Part shown: piece by piece, positions 1 through 14,952 of the stretch
Numbering within the stretch: position 1 is the first letter of the stretch
Layout of the letters: every line of letters starts with the position of its first letter
NCBI RefSeq assembly: GCF_009914755.1
Contig: NC_060927.1
Reading direction: 5' to 3' (one strand)
Length of the DNA stretch: 64,000 nt
Source: the human T2T-CHM13v2.0 reference genome, Homo sapiens
The notes under the pieces: generated by a model
What the model saw: the letters and a program-made list of their open reading frames with translations, nothing else
Databases searched by the model: none
What the model was told of the DNA's origin: nothing
Made by a program: the position numbers and the translations under genes

Positions 1-509
1 CTTTTATGACTGGAGACATTAAGGGCAACCTGTCATCTCTGTAAAATAACATTTGTAGTACTCTCAATCTTCTCAGTGTAATCTTTAATAACTGTCTTAT
101 GTTCAAGTTGACAGCAAGCAAGTAATAAAATGCCTAATATCATTTTATAGGTCACATAATGCAACAGTTTATTTTAGCTCAGCAGGGCAATAACAGGTAA
201 CAGATAATGAAGTCACTATAGATTTGTATAATATAGTTTCTGAGTTGGCAACAGCTTCAGAAAAGGCTTAGAAATCATCTTTTAAGCTATGACAAAACAG
301 AAGTGTATATCCCATTTCCTCTCTTTCTAATGATTCATAACACTAAAGTTAACTCAGAGGTGGTACACTTCAATGTTCACAGCTGATGTATGTTATTATA
401 CAAACAAATCAACTTTTTAATGGGAAAGGATATCTTTCTCCCAGAACTTCAAATTATATAAGGGAAAGAAGCAATTATTCTACAACTATTTAGAAATACA
501 AAAATATCT

Positions 510-892
<383 letters not shown>

Positions 893-1289
893 CTTTGAGA
901 AGGTCTTAGTCATTTATTACGGTTCATCTGCCTTACTTTATCTTCTTTATTAGTTGTAACATTGTTCTCTTAGATGCTCTTTCAGACAGTTGTACTATCA
1001 CTAGACACTGTGATGCTAATTCTATTCTTTTTTTCACCTAGTAATACTGTGTCTCTTCAAACGAATTGATACTTTGCATCAGTTTTAGTTCCAGCTTAAC
1101 ACTCTGAGCTACACTTTACCGCCTGTCCCTTCATGAGCATTAAAACCCGAGATACTGTCCTTAAGTCCTATATCCAAGTGTAGTAAACAGACATCTGAAT
1201 GTCTCTTTTTCCTTTTCTTTTTCTGTCTACTCCCCCACACCCCATTTCTCTTTCCCTCTTAAGCTCTACTAATTCACTTTACCAATTTA

Positions 1290-1522
1290 AAACTTTTTAT
1301 TATATTCTTTTGAGGATTTCTCCTAGCAGTTGGATCTGCCTGGCTTCCTACAGGTTCAACATGATCCATCCACACTCTGTCTATTTAGTGACATTTCTTT
1401 GATCTTTCTTTGGCTCTTCTTTTCCACATTTCCTCTCACATATGTGAAAGGCCTAATTCTCATAATAAATTTCTTTTTCTACATACTCCTAGTTAAACCC
1501 TGATTGAACTCTGACTGATAAC
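1290..1522 (+). mobile_element. ERVL LTR33-family LTR 3' fragment
   Basis: TAATAAAT...CCCTGATTGAACTCTGACTGATA typical LTR33 3' end. Confidence 0.45.
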
Positions 1523-1574
1523 TTTCTACAGCTGACACGTGAAGAAAAACATTACATTAATATTGGCATATGCA

Positions 1575-2170
1575 CAACTGTGAAGAAAATGCTTCTAGCA
1601 ACAAGTAACATGGGGCCCGCCCAAATAACAGTAGCACAGATCACAGTGACACTTAAAGTCAATTTAACAATAAATATGGAGGAAGGTGTCTCGGGATTGG
1701 TACAGACACTTCCAGATGCCATTACATATCCAGGTGCTATCTTTACTCTCCCTTACCCTCAGCTTTAACCTTGTTTTCATGCTCAGTGTTTTACTGTCAC
1801 AAGATGGCTGCCACATCTCTAAAATTATATGTGTTCAACTAGTAAAAGGATATAAAGATCTGGGCTAGCTACAGGTGTTTGTCGTGTTATAAAAATTAAC
1901 ATTTTAATAGATTCTCTCCCAACTAACTTCTCCTTATATCTCATTGGTTAGTACTGGCTACTCCCAGCTCCAACAGGGTCTGAGAAAATGAGATCACAGT
2001 GACTGGCTCAGGGTGATGATGGATAATCTCTTGGAACTGGCAAATGGTTCTACGTACCCTCACCACAAGAGATCTCTCACCAATGACCAAACAAATCAAG
2101 CTCCTGCTAGAATAAAACGAATATGAGAAGGATGCAGAATGCTTTTTGGGTAGGCACTACAACTAGTGTT
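1575..2170 (-). mobile_element. MaLR LTR, MLT1K/L-like
   Basis: AATGCTTCTAGCAACAAGTAAC, CAAGATGGCTGCC, CTTATATCTCATTGG, TGGGTAGGCAC motifs. Confidence 0.6.
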
Positions 2171-5100
2171 GGCCTCGGGGTGGGGAGAGAGGAAATGATA
2201 TATTAAACAAGAACCCCGAGGGGTGTGAATGTATAGTGCATAGGCAATATAAAGGTAACATAAACAATAATAATGGCATGCTAACATTTTGGACTTGACT
2301 CTTTGAAAAACTGAAGCTATTAGAAGCAAAAGGATGGCATAAGTATATCTGTGTTTTAGAATGGTATCTAGTGGAATTTTTTGGCCTCTAAGAATAAATA
2401 CATTCTCTCCACAATGACCCCTTCATTCTATCATTTTCCCTGAAAAGGATCAGTGAAGATGAAACTCAAGGATTCTGGGCCCTTTTTTAGATGTGAAGGT
2501 AATAAGTGCACATCAGTGATAAGTCAACTGGGACTCCTCCACATGGCCCTATTGCTTTTCTTCTTCTGTCCCATGAAATAGTCAGACCCAAGCCAGCCAC
2601 GTAGGAAAACCCCACTGTAGGCAGGTACCTTCCTTTGCTCTATGTCTCCTTTTGCTTTACTGCTGGTTCTGTCTGGTACAGAATGGGTTTCAGAGTGCCA
2701 AGCTCTCAGCAGCACCTTCAGAAAGAAAGCAAGCTAAGGCAAATAAGATAAAGCTGTTTGTTACTTTACTATTCTTGGTACTTTATTTTTAGTGTCACTA
2801 ACTGTCTAAATTCTGAATTGTATGCTGACATTGAAAATGGCCCTTTCCTAGAATTAAAAACACATTAATTTCCTATTTTAATAATTTCCCACAAATGTTC
2901 ACTTAGAACTTTAAAGATAAGCATCTTATTTTCTAACAACAAGCATTATCTACTCACATGTTGTAATTTAAATCAGTGGCCCCATCCCCTTAAAGCACAA
3001 TTTAAGTCCTGGATAAAGAAATAGGTCCACTTATTTTTAAGTGGCATCACCTATAATTATATGCATATATTTCCTTTTATATATACATGAAAGGAAAGCA
3101 ATATATACTACAGAGAAACGGATGCCTATGAAGTAACCCGCTTTCAAGAAAAACATTCCTAAGTTGTAAAGCTTTATATTTAATATGTCATTATATGGTA
3201 GACATTGCTAATTGTTTCTGTTGTATTTTATAAGAGAGAGTTGAGTACTTGCTTCATTATCTCAAATTTCACTTAGGAAAGTGAAATAGGTTTCTATGAA
3301 AGTTCTTCCCATCCTAGGACACACTGTGATGAAAGATTATAAAAGGATGAAACTATTTTCAAATGGACAAACATCTGTTCTAGTCATAGAAAGTACTATA
3401 GTAAGTCCAGGGTAGAGGACATGAGAAAATAGTAAATAAAAATGTTGAAGAAAAAAACAAAGTTTCAAATTTTATAATGTTGAAGCTTTATTAAGGGTAA
3501 GGGGAATCTATATCCTGAGTTGTGAAAGTAAGTCATGAAATCTCAGAAAGCATTAAAATTAATGAACAAGTTTATTTCCAATGATATAATTTATAAACAG
3601 CTTACAATTTCAACTGGCTTCAATTTAATCACTTTTGTTAAGTTTTCTTCTGTCTTCAGAAAGCACTTACTACATTGAAATATTTAAGAAATAGTCTTAT
3701 TAACAGTATAGGTGTTAACCAATATTAGGAAGAATACGGCATTCTCCAGTCTGCCAAAATTGAAAGATTTTTACCTGTTCAGTTGCCAAATCTATGAAAA
3801 GAATAAAAATATTGATGCACTGAACACTTTGAAATAGAAAGGTAACATGATATTTATGACATAGCTCAGTCCTGGATACAGAATGCTCCTGTGCCTGGCT
3901 TTGCACAGCAATAAAGAATGCATATGTTTGCATTACAACTTAGCTTTCTCTTATTCTCTTTAAAAGCTAAATTCATAATATTTGACATACAAATAATATC
4001 CCAAAGGTTCCAACTCATTCTTCAGTATCTCTATATCATCTTTATCAAGCTTGTGTCCCAAAGTTGAAATCTTGGCAACATTCAAGGTATACAGCAACCT
4101 ATCTAAACAGTGAAGAGCCTAATATTTTTCCCAAAGCAAGAAAGAGATTTTTCCAGAAACCTGAGGAAGAAAATATTATCCAGCTTCATACTAGAGGTCA
4201 CTAGGTGATTGAAAAGAAATTGCTGACATTTATCTCTCAACTGCACTTCTGATGATTAAATCAACTACAAACCTGCCTTCATTGGCCTTTGCTCTAAGGA
4301 GCCACCTTTGAAGTTAATTTTATGCATTCCTCCATACATGCTCCTCACTTTCCCTGTAATATTGCAGAGAATAAAAATTATATGATGGGTAAGCTCAACA
4401 TTTCAACATACTTAGAAAATATCCCTGATTATTTGAGTAAGCTCACATTTTCTTGGGGTGGCAGATGAATGTGAAGAAGACGAAGAAGAATGAATTACCA
4501 AAACTATCTTTTCTCTATGGACACCAACAAGATTAGTAAAAGGCCTAAATCTAGTTTTCTCCTCCTGGCCATGCAGTTAAGTGCCTAAGACAAGCAATCA
4601 TACTGTTTTTGCTCTGCCATCTGTGGCTGGGGCATTTGATGATGGCCCCATCATAAACTGTCTTGACGTAAATCAAAGATTATTAATACAATGGTCTTGC
4701 AAGGTCTGGTAACTCATTCTATTTACCAAGAAACCTGAAGTAAACTGTCAAATTCAGAAAAAAAGATACATAATTCTTTTCTTGAGATGAGCAATAATTT
4801 ATACCTGTAATACCCACCATGTATGTTTATTGTAGCATTACTTTCATTTATCCATATTAGTAACTATGATGAAATTAGGCATTGAAGAAACAGAATCATG
4901 AGATTATAAATTAGACACCTCTATTCTAAGTTAGTTTTATAGAAAGTGACTAAAGCCATCCTGTGGCAAGCAGAATCTGAAAAAGGATAGAATTTCTTAA
5001 TTGGGCATGGAAAATTCCTGAACTAGACATGGGCGAAAGCCATGTACAACAGATGCTGTGACCTTACTTTGGCATTATATACTTCTTGGAAGTTATTTGT

Positions 5101-5394
5101 GAACGGAAAAATAAAAAAAAATGTAACCATATTATTAAACTACTCAATGTTTTGGTTATATAAGAGGCTTCATCTGTCCTTCAAGCAGAATGAAGCACTC
5201 TCTAAACAATCTCATCAAGAATCACTAGAACTAGAACTCGTCAGCTGCTTGCTGAAGAGCTGGTACTGAAAGAAGTATTATACTTACTAACTTTTCTTCT
5301 ATGGAGATTGGTTATAGAGTTGCAATTTTTAGGAAGGAAAATGATTTTCAAATTTAAGGTATATTGTTATATTACCTAATCAAAACTAAAAAGA

Positions 5395-5595
5395 ATCAAA
5401 GGAAAGAATGCTAGATAGGAAGGCAAGAAGGAATGGAGAAATGGAGAAAAGGAGAAAGAGGGAGAAAGGGAGAAAGAGGGAAGGACACGAGTAAAGTCAG
5501 ACAAGGAAGAAAAAAGAAGAAATATTGAAGGTTGCGAGAAGGAAGGAAAAAGGGAATGCAGAAGAAATAAGGAAACAGAACAAAAGGAAAGGTAA
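5395..5595 (+). repeat. GA-rich low-complexity tract
   Basis: Purine-rich GGAGAAA/GGAA-type units. Confidence 0.7.
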
Positions 5596-7656
5596 GGACT
5601 GGATTCTTAGTGTCCTAGAATACATATTCTTCCCTGAGCTTGTGCTGTTTGATTTGAAATTGAGATTCCCGGGAAGATTTGGGGCCAAGAGAAAAGCATT
5701 TGTCCTGAGCACATAGAGAAGGGAGGCCACCTTGACTGGATTGCCTCTCAGATGGTTTCCAGGCACTTTCAATCTTTTCAGAAGTTCAGACTTCTAGCTC
5801 CAAACACCTCAAGTCACCATTAAACTAGAAAGCTCTTCAGAAGGAAAAATGTAGCAATCCATAAGGGCAGAGACAAGCAGTCCTGGAAAGGCTGAAGGTG
5901 CCCTCAGAATTTACCTGCTTGAAACAAAGCTAAGTTCTGGTCAAAATCTAGACCTTTGCTGTGTTTAAGTCCCAAATAATTAATTAAAATCATCATTTGC
6001 AGACAAATCTAATAAGATTTCCCTTTTGGATTCCTGCTTTTTATTTTCTAAATTACTTTAGGTTAAAATTAGTTTTATATGAAAAAGAGACAGACAGTGA
6101 AAAAAAAAAAAGGAAATTCGTGTAATTTCCTCTGAAGCAGGGTGGGGTGGGTGAGAGGGTAAAATGTCATCATTTCTCCATATTTATTGCTTTATTCCTT
6201 AGGGGAAAAGAACTTTAAACTTCCAGAAATTTAATCTTTCCTGAAATTTAATAATTGCTTTATTTTTAAAAAGTGTAAAAAGCCATACACAACAACCTTT
6301 CTAGGGTAAAAATTATTGGCAAGGAATAAAAAAGCAAGGGTTCTAGCCTCATTTATGCCATGAATTATGAGATTATGCAAATAATTTAGGCTTTTTATTT
6401 TTATTTATATTTGTCTGTAACAGGAGCATAGTACCAGCTATCCTATCTTACAAGATTGTAGGGGGAATTAAAGAAATGGGGGGTTGGACAGTTTGTATTA
6501 AGAACTGTTTGCTGAATTGAAGAATACATTTGGATGCTTTCTGAATAGGTAAAAGCATACTATTTTTAGAATTTTAAAAAATACAGAAAGAGGTTATTTA
6601 TTTATACTGAGAAGCATTTTCTCTTTTATAAAACAGCCTTTACCATTGTTTTATGCCATTCATGAATAGTTTCGCATCCTTTAAAAGGGCAGTTTATCTT
6701 CATGTATTAAAAGGAACATCATTATTAAAAATCTATTCCTTGTTTCTGCTTGTACTAAAGTACATTGTCTTAATGTTCTCTTCATATGTCCAGGGATCTT
6801 AAAATTTGGCTTCTGATTATTCTGTACCCTAAGTAACACTTTGGAAGCATTAATATTTTCCCAGGATACTTTTTTTCTTTTTCTGTGTACCTGTAAGATG
6901 AAGACATCTAGAGGGAACTTCCCAAAGGGTTTTACAGAAACAAGTGTCAACAGCTGTGCAATTTGTCTGTGCCAGCTCATTTGCTCTGAAGAGAAAAGGC
7001 AAAGACAAGCTGATCCACAATGATCAGCTGGAGTGAAGACATTGATTATGTCGATGCAGAAATAATTAGATACATAGTTACCATAAACAGCCTTTGATGT
7101 GTTTCAATAGCTGTAATTCTATCCTTTGCTATCATCCAGCCCTTGGCAGAGAAGCCAACTCTTAATTTTTCTATGGGTGGAGCTAAGCAAAAAACATTGA
7201 GCCCAATGCCTAATACTAGAAAATTACTAATAAATGATAGTTGAACATGAATCTTGCATATTGGTTACTTCTGATTATCATAAGAGAAAATTATATAAGC
7301 AGCCTGAATGTTTCCCTTTTTAAAATTCCTGATTCAAACCTCATATTGATACTGCCTGGTATTTCTATGATATTTCCATAGTTTGTTTAATTCCACAATA
7401 TAAGAAAAAACCTCCATTCTTCAAATTTTTATGCTCCCATTCTCCAATGAGGGGTCATTTGATAACCTCACATATACATCATTGAAATACTCATACCCTG
7501 GTCTTCCCGACACTGTTCAATCTTACTTGTTCCATCATCACTTTCCCTTCTCATGATAATAGATGAAGTGGGTCTCTGTCAAAAGTACATCCTTTCACTG
7601 AACTCTGGAACCCTTCCCTTTCACATCTTCATGTGGACTTTCTTCATTCTATTAAT

Positions 7657-7762
7657 TCAGTGGTTCTCAACATGAGCAACGTCACCATCACCAAGAAACC
7701 TGAATCAGAAATGATGGTGAGAAAAGGGGGGTGCTTCTGAGGTATTCTAAAGTTTGAGAATC
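7657..7762. mobile_element. MER5A DNA transposon (internally deleted)
   Basis: TIRs CAGTGGTTCTCAA ... AAGTTTGAGAATCA. Confidence 0.65.
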
Positions 7763-7777
7763 ATATTTAAGTTAGTT

Positions 7778-7952
7778 CAATAGCCCTCAATATTAACTAT
7801 ATATTTGAAACTTGCAGAGTAATTTTTTAAAAATACTAATTACAAGGCCCCACTCCAGAGATTTTGATTAGCTGGTATGGGATTGGCCCAAGCATTGATA
7901 CTTTCTAAATCTTTCCAAAAGAATTCAACGTGATACCAGAGTTGAGACCACT
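7778..7952. mobile_element. MER5A1/MER5B DNA transposon
   Basis: GGCCCCACTCCAGAGATTTTGATT ... GTTGAGACCACT. Confidence 0.7.
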
Positions 7953-10900
7953 TATGGGTAATAGCCTTTCTCCTATGTTTTTGATCTCATTCCCACCAGT
8001 AGATTATTCCCTTCAGTTTAGATGCACACTCTAATCACTTAACTTAAAAAATTTTCCTTTCCAGTTTCCCTAAAGATTCCTCTCCAGAGGCCTAATGTGC
8101 AATCACCTCTCCTCCCTCATCCCAATTCATTCTTCAATTTCACTCTAATCTGATTCCTATTCTCAACACTCCATTGAAAATGCTCCTGCAAAAGTTGTCA
8201 ATGAACTTCATATTGCCAGAGCCAAATGATGATTCTCTGCCCTCATTATCCCTCTTCACTTTCCCACTCTCTCCTTAACAAATCTTCTTTCTTGGATTTC
8301 ATGTAACTCATGCCCCTGGTTTTCTCTTCCAGAATGACCACTCTTTTCTACCATCTCTTGTAAGATTGTCCTTCTCTGTTAAACTACTAAAGTTTAAAGA
8401 TCTTGAAGGCTTATGCTTGAGTTCTCTTTTCTTTCTTGTACTTTCTTTCCAAAGAAGTTTTGATACATTCTCTTGGCTTTAAATATTATCTACAAAAACC
8501 CTCTCACATCTATCCCAGATTTTTCTCTGAGCTTTAGCTTCAAATATTTAACTGCATTTCCTATTCTCCTTTGCAAACCGCAGGAACATTTCTATCTTCA
8601 AATGCATAAATGAGTTCATCTATAACTCTTCTTGTCTTCCCAAACTTCGTAAATACCATCATAATCCATCCAGTTCCTTGAGTTGGATGTCAATCTCCGA
8701 ATGTGGTGAGGATATTCTTCGCTTCTTTAATTCCCCATGCCCAAAAGACAGCAAGTCCTACAAATGCAAACTGCAAAATATATATGAAATTCATCCAGCT
8801 TTGTCTCCCCCATTACCAACTGAGTCTAAACTACTGTAATTTTTTTTACGTAGACTATCACCTTTTAGTTTCACTTCTCACTTCTAATTTGCCTCCTTTT
8901 CATTCCATTTTCCACTGAACTTCCAGAAGAATCATTTGCAAATCTACATCAGATCTTGTAACTCACCAATTCAAAAGTCCTCATTAGTTTCTCACTTCAT
9001 TCACAATAAAGATACATTCTTTATCCTCCATTATTGTGGCCTGGTCTCTATCTGTCCGACTTCTCATGTCCTACCCACTATTCCCCAACCTTGGTCACTT
9101 CGGTCCAGTCTCTCTGGTTTTCTTTCAGTTATCCATATGAATATTTCCCATGGCCCATTAGCTGGCTTATTTTTTAATGAATATTCCCCCACATCCTATT
9201 TTTTAATCATTTGGATCTCAGCTTAAGATTCATCTCCCAAAAGTGAGGCTTCCCATAACCAAACCACTTAAAGTTGGTCCTCCAGTGTTATGCTATAACA
9301 CAGTCTCTATTACTATATAATCACAAACTACAATTACGTATCTATTTGTAATTGTTTATGTTTCCTAGCCCAATTGGACTATAAGCACAAGGACACGTCT
9401 GTGGTTCATAGTTTTATCCCTAGTATCTGTCAAAGAACATAGTCCAGAGTAAGTGATCAATACTTGTTTTTTAATGTCTGCATTTTATATTCGGGTTAGG
9501 ATTGTGCACCAATTACTCTTCTGTCTCTAATAACAAATTGAAAAATATAGTGACTTATTCTTGGACAAAATATTTGAAGTTCAAGATCATATTCTCCATA
9601 GATCTGATTAGGAAATTATCCATTTTAAAATTCTGTATGACTGTAAGTAATTACAGAAAAACAGATGAATAGAACAATGAACATGTGAAAAAAACACTCA
9701 TCTACCTCTGAGTAACACGTTTTTAATCATATTAATATGTAAAAGCCACCTTCCAATTTATAAGGACTCTTTGGTTAGAGGCCATGCTTTAAAAATAAGT
9801 GTGAGTTATTTTCAGAAATAGCACAAGACCTTAATACCCATAATAACCATATTTAAGGAAAATTAAAAATATATATAATAAAAAGCATTAACAGTGTTAG
9901 TAAATGATTATGTAGCAGAGGTATTGCTATAGTTCAGTATTGATGTCTACTTTTTGTTCAGACTATATGAATGTTTCATTTCTTTACTCTTTTACTGTAT
10001 AATTGCACTAAGCATAAATTTTCCTGGACTAGATTATGTTCCCATACAGAATTTTGGTTAAATTCTACTTCTTCCATGCCTAGTTTTACCACTGTCAAAA
10101 GAGCATCTTTTGGTGGTAAAGGTAGAATAATTGAAAAATAAGCCTAGACACAAAAGAGAAAATGAAATTAAAATTGTCCAACATTGGTCATTACCTAAAT
10201 ACATCATCTATGCTGATGTAATTTGGTCCAGTTCAGGCACAACTAAAATAGGCAAGATTTCTTATCAATAGATTATTCCAGAAATTGGTCTTCTTTTGTC
10301 TTAGCAAAGGCCCACTAAGGGTGAGGTTCTGTATCTAAATGCAAAGCAGACTTCCTATTTAACACTTTCCTTGATGAAAGAATCAAATAAATATTTGATG
10401 TTTTTGGCACATATTTGCTATTGTTTTGGTTCACATGTAATGATTTCCCTCATACAGAGATGCTTCTCGGCAGATGTTTTAGAGTGCAGTTGTAGCCGCC
10501 TACATAATTTCTACCTTAGAAGCTGTTTCTAACAACAACAAAAGAAATGGGAGAAACAGAATGTCAGTCTAAAGCATCATTTTAAGTAATAGGTGTGTTA
10601 GTGATAGGTTACTATTTATTCATTTTCCTTGTGAGACACCCCCCACTCCACTTGTAGAAAATGCTCAATCACTCCATGTCTGATACCTGAAACCTGACTG
10701 TGGAGTATCTGCACTGATGGCTGACAACCTGAAAAGTCCTAGACAAAAGACAAAAATTGGGTTGGCCAAATAAAGATCATGTATTTTTATTGGATTTCAA
10801 AACTGAAGACAATCTATCTTAAATATGCCTGAAATTTGTGAGTACCATTTTAGTTTCCCCGGATTCCTTCTCATGAATGCTAAAAGCATGGGAGAATTTC

Positions 10901-12660
10901 CTAGGCTCATTATCGGAAACGTCAAACTGGATATGCAATGTTCAAAATGTTTAACAAACACCTTTTTAAAAAATAATCACAGCATAGACCCTTTTCAAAA
11001 GATATAAATGATTTGGTTGTTTGGTGTCTATATTTTGAGAAAAAAATATGTTGACAAATTAAACGCTTGAATGACTGCATCGCATTGCAATATAACCAAG
11101 TATGCTCATCATTTGGTGATCATAACAGATAATGTTGACCAGGCTCACAGAGAAAATGATCCAACCATGCAGTGCTACCATCAAGTGTGAATGTGTCCTT
11201 CTCAATTATTTATTACTTTTGCTCCTGTCAAAAGATGAGTGGATAAGGATATGGTATTGAGACATTAAGTCTCAAAGTTCACAGATGAGAGGATTTTGCA
11301 ACACTGTATGAAGAAAATCAAGCAAGGCACAGTGCTTATCAAGGCAAGGAAGTTCAACAACAAAAGCAGTAATGCCTGGTCACCTTGTTGACATTATCTT
11401 CAAAACAGAAATCTCTAATAGTGACAGGTGATGGCAATCAGTGTGTTTTCAAGATACTTCTCAGGCATGGCTATCAGGAATCTGTATCATAAGTATTGGC
11501 AAGTTGCAGAAGTAAATGTCATAAATTTGAAAAAGGACTTTGAAAATAACTTTTTTTAATATAGGATATGGTTTCAAAATAATATGGATATATAAGCAAA
11601 GATAAGTTCTATAATACTGTGCATACAGACTCTTACACATAAAATTTTAAATACAATAATGTTATTTCTAACAAAGTATGCTTTGTCAAAAAATGTGTGG
11701 AAATTGACCTATTTTTCTTTATTTCAAGTGTGTTAAGATTATGTATGCTTACCTTAATTTTGGAAGGTCAAAAACTCTTAGTTTTAGAATAACCAGAGCT
11801 TACATGAAAGATGTAGAAGACAGAAGTGGAATCAAAGTTAGTCAAAAAATGTGAACAGAAGTGTGGATTAAATAGGAATAAACAGAATGAGTATAAGTGT
11901 CATGGATTACTGGTAACCTACATTAGCCAATGCTAAACTTGAGTGCCACAGTACATAAATAATTGTAACATTTTCCCCATCATTAAAATGCAATTAGCTG
12001 ATAAAAGAAATATAATTGCAACAAACCAAACAAATTGATCAAATGATATATCTGGTTTTGTAAATAAGCCTTCAAAGTACAAGGTGTTACTGAAAAATAT
12101 AATTTAAGAATCCAATAAATAAATTACATGATTACAACATTAATTATATAATTAATATAAAAATATGAAGTAAAAATTGACATTCTGTTGAAGATCTTTT
12201 CTATAATTCTAAATGTAGGGGTTCAACAAAAGTTTAGCTTGGAAACTGGAATGGGGAGAGATTTCTGAAGTGAATTAATGGTAATTACCAATTAGTAGAT
12301 GATTAGGACAAAACAAAAAAGTTCCCTCACCATTTCGCAAAGCAGGTCAGAGCTTTTTTATTATTGGGAAATGACAGCATCCTACTCTATATAACAGGGA
12401 GATACTGCACTAAAGAAGATTATTTTGGTTTCATTGATAGCATAAGGTATCCAAAACCAGATTAAATATGTCTTTATTTATATCATTTTCTCTTTGAAGG
12501 ATGGTTTTTTCCTTTGATTTTTAAAATTATAGCAAATAGTATATCTAATGAGAAAATAAAGACCTTGGACATACGGGTATTAAAAGACATACGTATGAAA
12601 TGCATACTGATGACTCTGATCTTTGTGTATGTTTTAATTTAGGTCCTTAGAGATTCAAAT

Positions 12661-12728
12661 ATGTGTGTGTGTGTATGTATGTATATGTGTGTACATATAT
12701 ACATATGTATATAGATAGATAGATAGGT
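12661..12728 (+). repeat. compound microsatellite (TG)n/(TA)n/(GATA)n
   Basis: Direct read. Confidence 0.9.
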
Positions 12729-13430
12729 ATTCTAAAAGCACCAGAGCAGTTATTTTAAATATATGTTCAGAGAAAGAATATCAAAGTTGTTACACTTTCC
12801 TGGTAGACTGCCAACCTACACCTATGTTAATGAAGACACAAAATGTTCAGGGATCGTTTTATAAGATGTTTTTGCCATTACAGTTTGTCATATAATTACT
12901 TAGGAAGTTCTGAAATGTGCCTGTCTATGTCTTTAATAATATGGGTCCTGAAAGATAATGGATCCTGGAAAAATCATTGTGTTTCATCTCACAAATTTAG
13001 AGTGTTACTGACACAGTAGAGTCTAAAAGCACCAAAGTTCTAATGATCTTGTGTCAGTCACCCAGGAGACTTTAATGCATAAATGACAGTCATCTATGCA
13101 GCTGAGACACTTGCTTTAAACTCACATGCTGAGAACACTCATTCTACTTTTGTTTTTAGAGAAAGCAATGTTCATGATCAATAAATAAATAATCTGTTTT
13201 CACCCCATATTTTGATGGAAACTCATAAGCTTTGAAGGAAACTAAAATCATATAAATAAAAGCTTTACCAATAAGCGGCCACTCAGTATATAACAGTTAT
13301 TAACTTTATAAACTCTTATACATATATGGTTGTAATAGCTACAGATTTTATATATAAAAAATTTTATATTTTATATACAAAATATACATTTCCGTATCCG
13401 TTTTATATATAAAATACTTCGATAAATATC

Positions 13431-13760
13431 GCTATATTCTCAATGTTTTTTGTCCCCCTAAAATTCATATGTTGAGTTCCTAATCCCCAAGATGATAGTA
13501 TTAAAAGGTAGGGCCTTTGGGGGGCAATTAGATTATGAGGGTGGTGTCATTTTGTTTGGGATTAGTGGGTTTTATAAATGGGACCCCAGAGAACTAGCTA
13601 GGCCCTTGCTCCACGTGAGGACACAGTAAGAAGGCACCATCTATGAACCACGAAACAGACACTCACCAGACACTGACCCTGCTGCTTCCTCAATCATAGA
13701 CTTCCCAACATGCAGAACTGTGAGGAACACATGTTTGTTGTTCATAAGCCACCCAGTGGC
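13431..13760 (+). mobile_element. MaLR LTR, MLT1A0-like
   Basis: TGTCCCCC.AAAATTCATATGTTGA, GGGCCTTTGG, GTGAGGACACAG, AGAACTGTGAG, TAAGCCACCCAGT. Confidence 0.85.
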
Positions 13761-14374
13761 TTATGATACATATGTATGTGTATATATGTCTATACACACA
13801 TGCACACACATAAATTTCTTTTCCAGATATCTCCAACTAAATTATAAATTTTTAAAGGTCAACAACCATATCTTACACCTCTTAATGTCTCCTATATCCA
13901 CTACATTTCTCTACAAAATGTAATAAATGTTCAATCTATGATTTTTATTAGATATTTGTTAAATTAAAGCAACTTATTAAAATTTTGCCCCAAATTCATC
14001 CTATCTTATTTTGTATTTCATCCATCTGTGGGTCTTAATTTCAAATACTGGGAGCTATATAGTATAGAACTGGGGATGCGAGCTTAAATTCTTATTCTCC
14101 ATTTAGTAGCTCCATTCTTTTAAGCAAGCTGCTCAGCCTCCATGTCCTAAAAAAGATCCAAATTATCTAATTTGTAAGTTTATAGTGAAACACACATATA
14201 CTGTAAGCAAGTTTTTAGAACTATGAAATAATGTAAAAATTAAGATGTTGTTATGATAATGGCTGAAGCGAGTTGAGCTAGCCATTCACCAAAACAGTTT
14301 CCTCTTCCTCATGAGCACACAGGCAGCCTACACACTTCCAGTAGATAGACTGGTGTTTTAGATGATTAAGTGTT

Positions 14375-14585
14375 GGCAGCCAACTGTTGTCACAGTAAGC
14401 TGGGACCAAAGCCTGTCATCTACCCTGTTTTTTACAAGTCAAAATTTGATGGAACATACAAACCTTTCCACGGCAGCCTTTGAGTTAAAATGGCAGAGTA
14501 GTTGTGACAAAGACTCTATTGCCCCAAAACGCTAAAATATTGATTCTCTGGTCATTTTTTTAAAAAAGGTTGCTTACCTCTACTT
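14375..14585. mobile_element. MER58A-like DNA transposon nested in an old MaLR LTR fragment
   Basis: GAGTAGTTGTGACAAAGAC...CTAAAATATTGA...AAAAAGGTTGCTTACCTCT. Confidence 0.6.
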
Positions 14586-14952
14586 CAGCAAAAACAAAAA
14601 TACAATTGTGTATGAATTCACTGAAATTCCTCAATTTGCTTGTTATAGTATATAAATGATCTTAGCTAACACAGTGATCTTATCACCTCTTAAAGCTATT
14701 GCTTCCCTCTCCCCTAGTAGTTCTAAAGGCAGTTACTTATTTTGTGGTTGGGGTTTTCTATTTTTTTTTTTTTTTGCTTGTTTAATATTTTTAATTAAAT
14801 AACCAATAGAAATGACTTGGAACTGCAGTGTTAAGAATTTTCTTCTGTTCCAAACTGTCTGAATACGAACAGCTCTGGTCTGCAGCTGCCCAGAGTGATT
14901 GACGCAGCAGATGGGTGATTTCTGCATTTCCAATTGAGGCACCTGGTTTATC

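Larger units (their letters stand above)
7480..9475 (+). mobile_element. LINE-2 (L2a-like) 3' portion, interrupted by MER5 elements
   Basis: CT-rich degenerate L2 ORF2 sequence ending in the L2 3' end (...GTAAGTGATCAATACTTGTT). Confidence 0.75.

Noticed and set aside
4604-4734. Minus-strand exon candidate that could receive ORF0 splicing
   Set aside because: Weak donor (ACA/GTATGA), unrecognised peptide, and a fusion would stop after five codons; nothing beyond chance splice motifs.
13340-13415. AT-rich palindromes (TTTTATATATAAAA)
   Set aside because: Low-complexity TA sequence; too short for a PATRR-like element.
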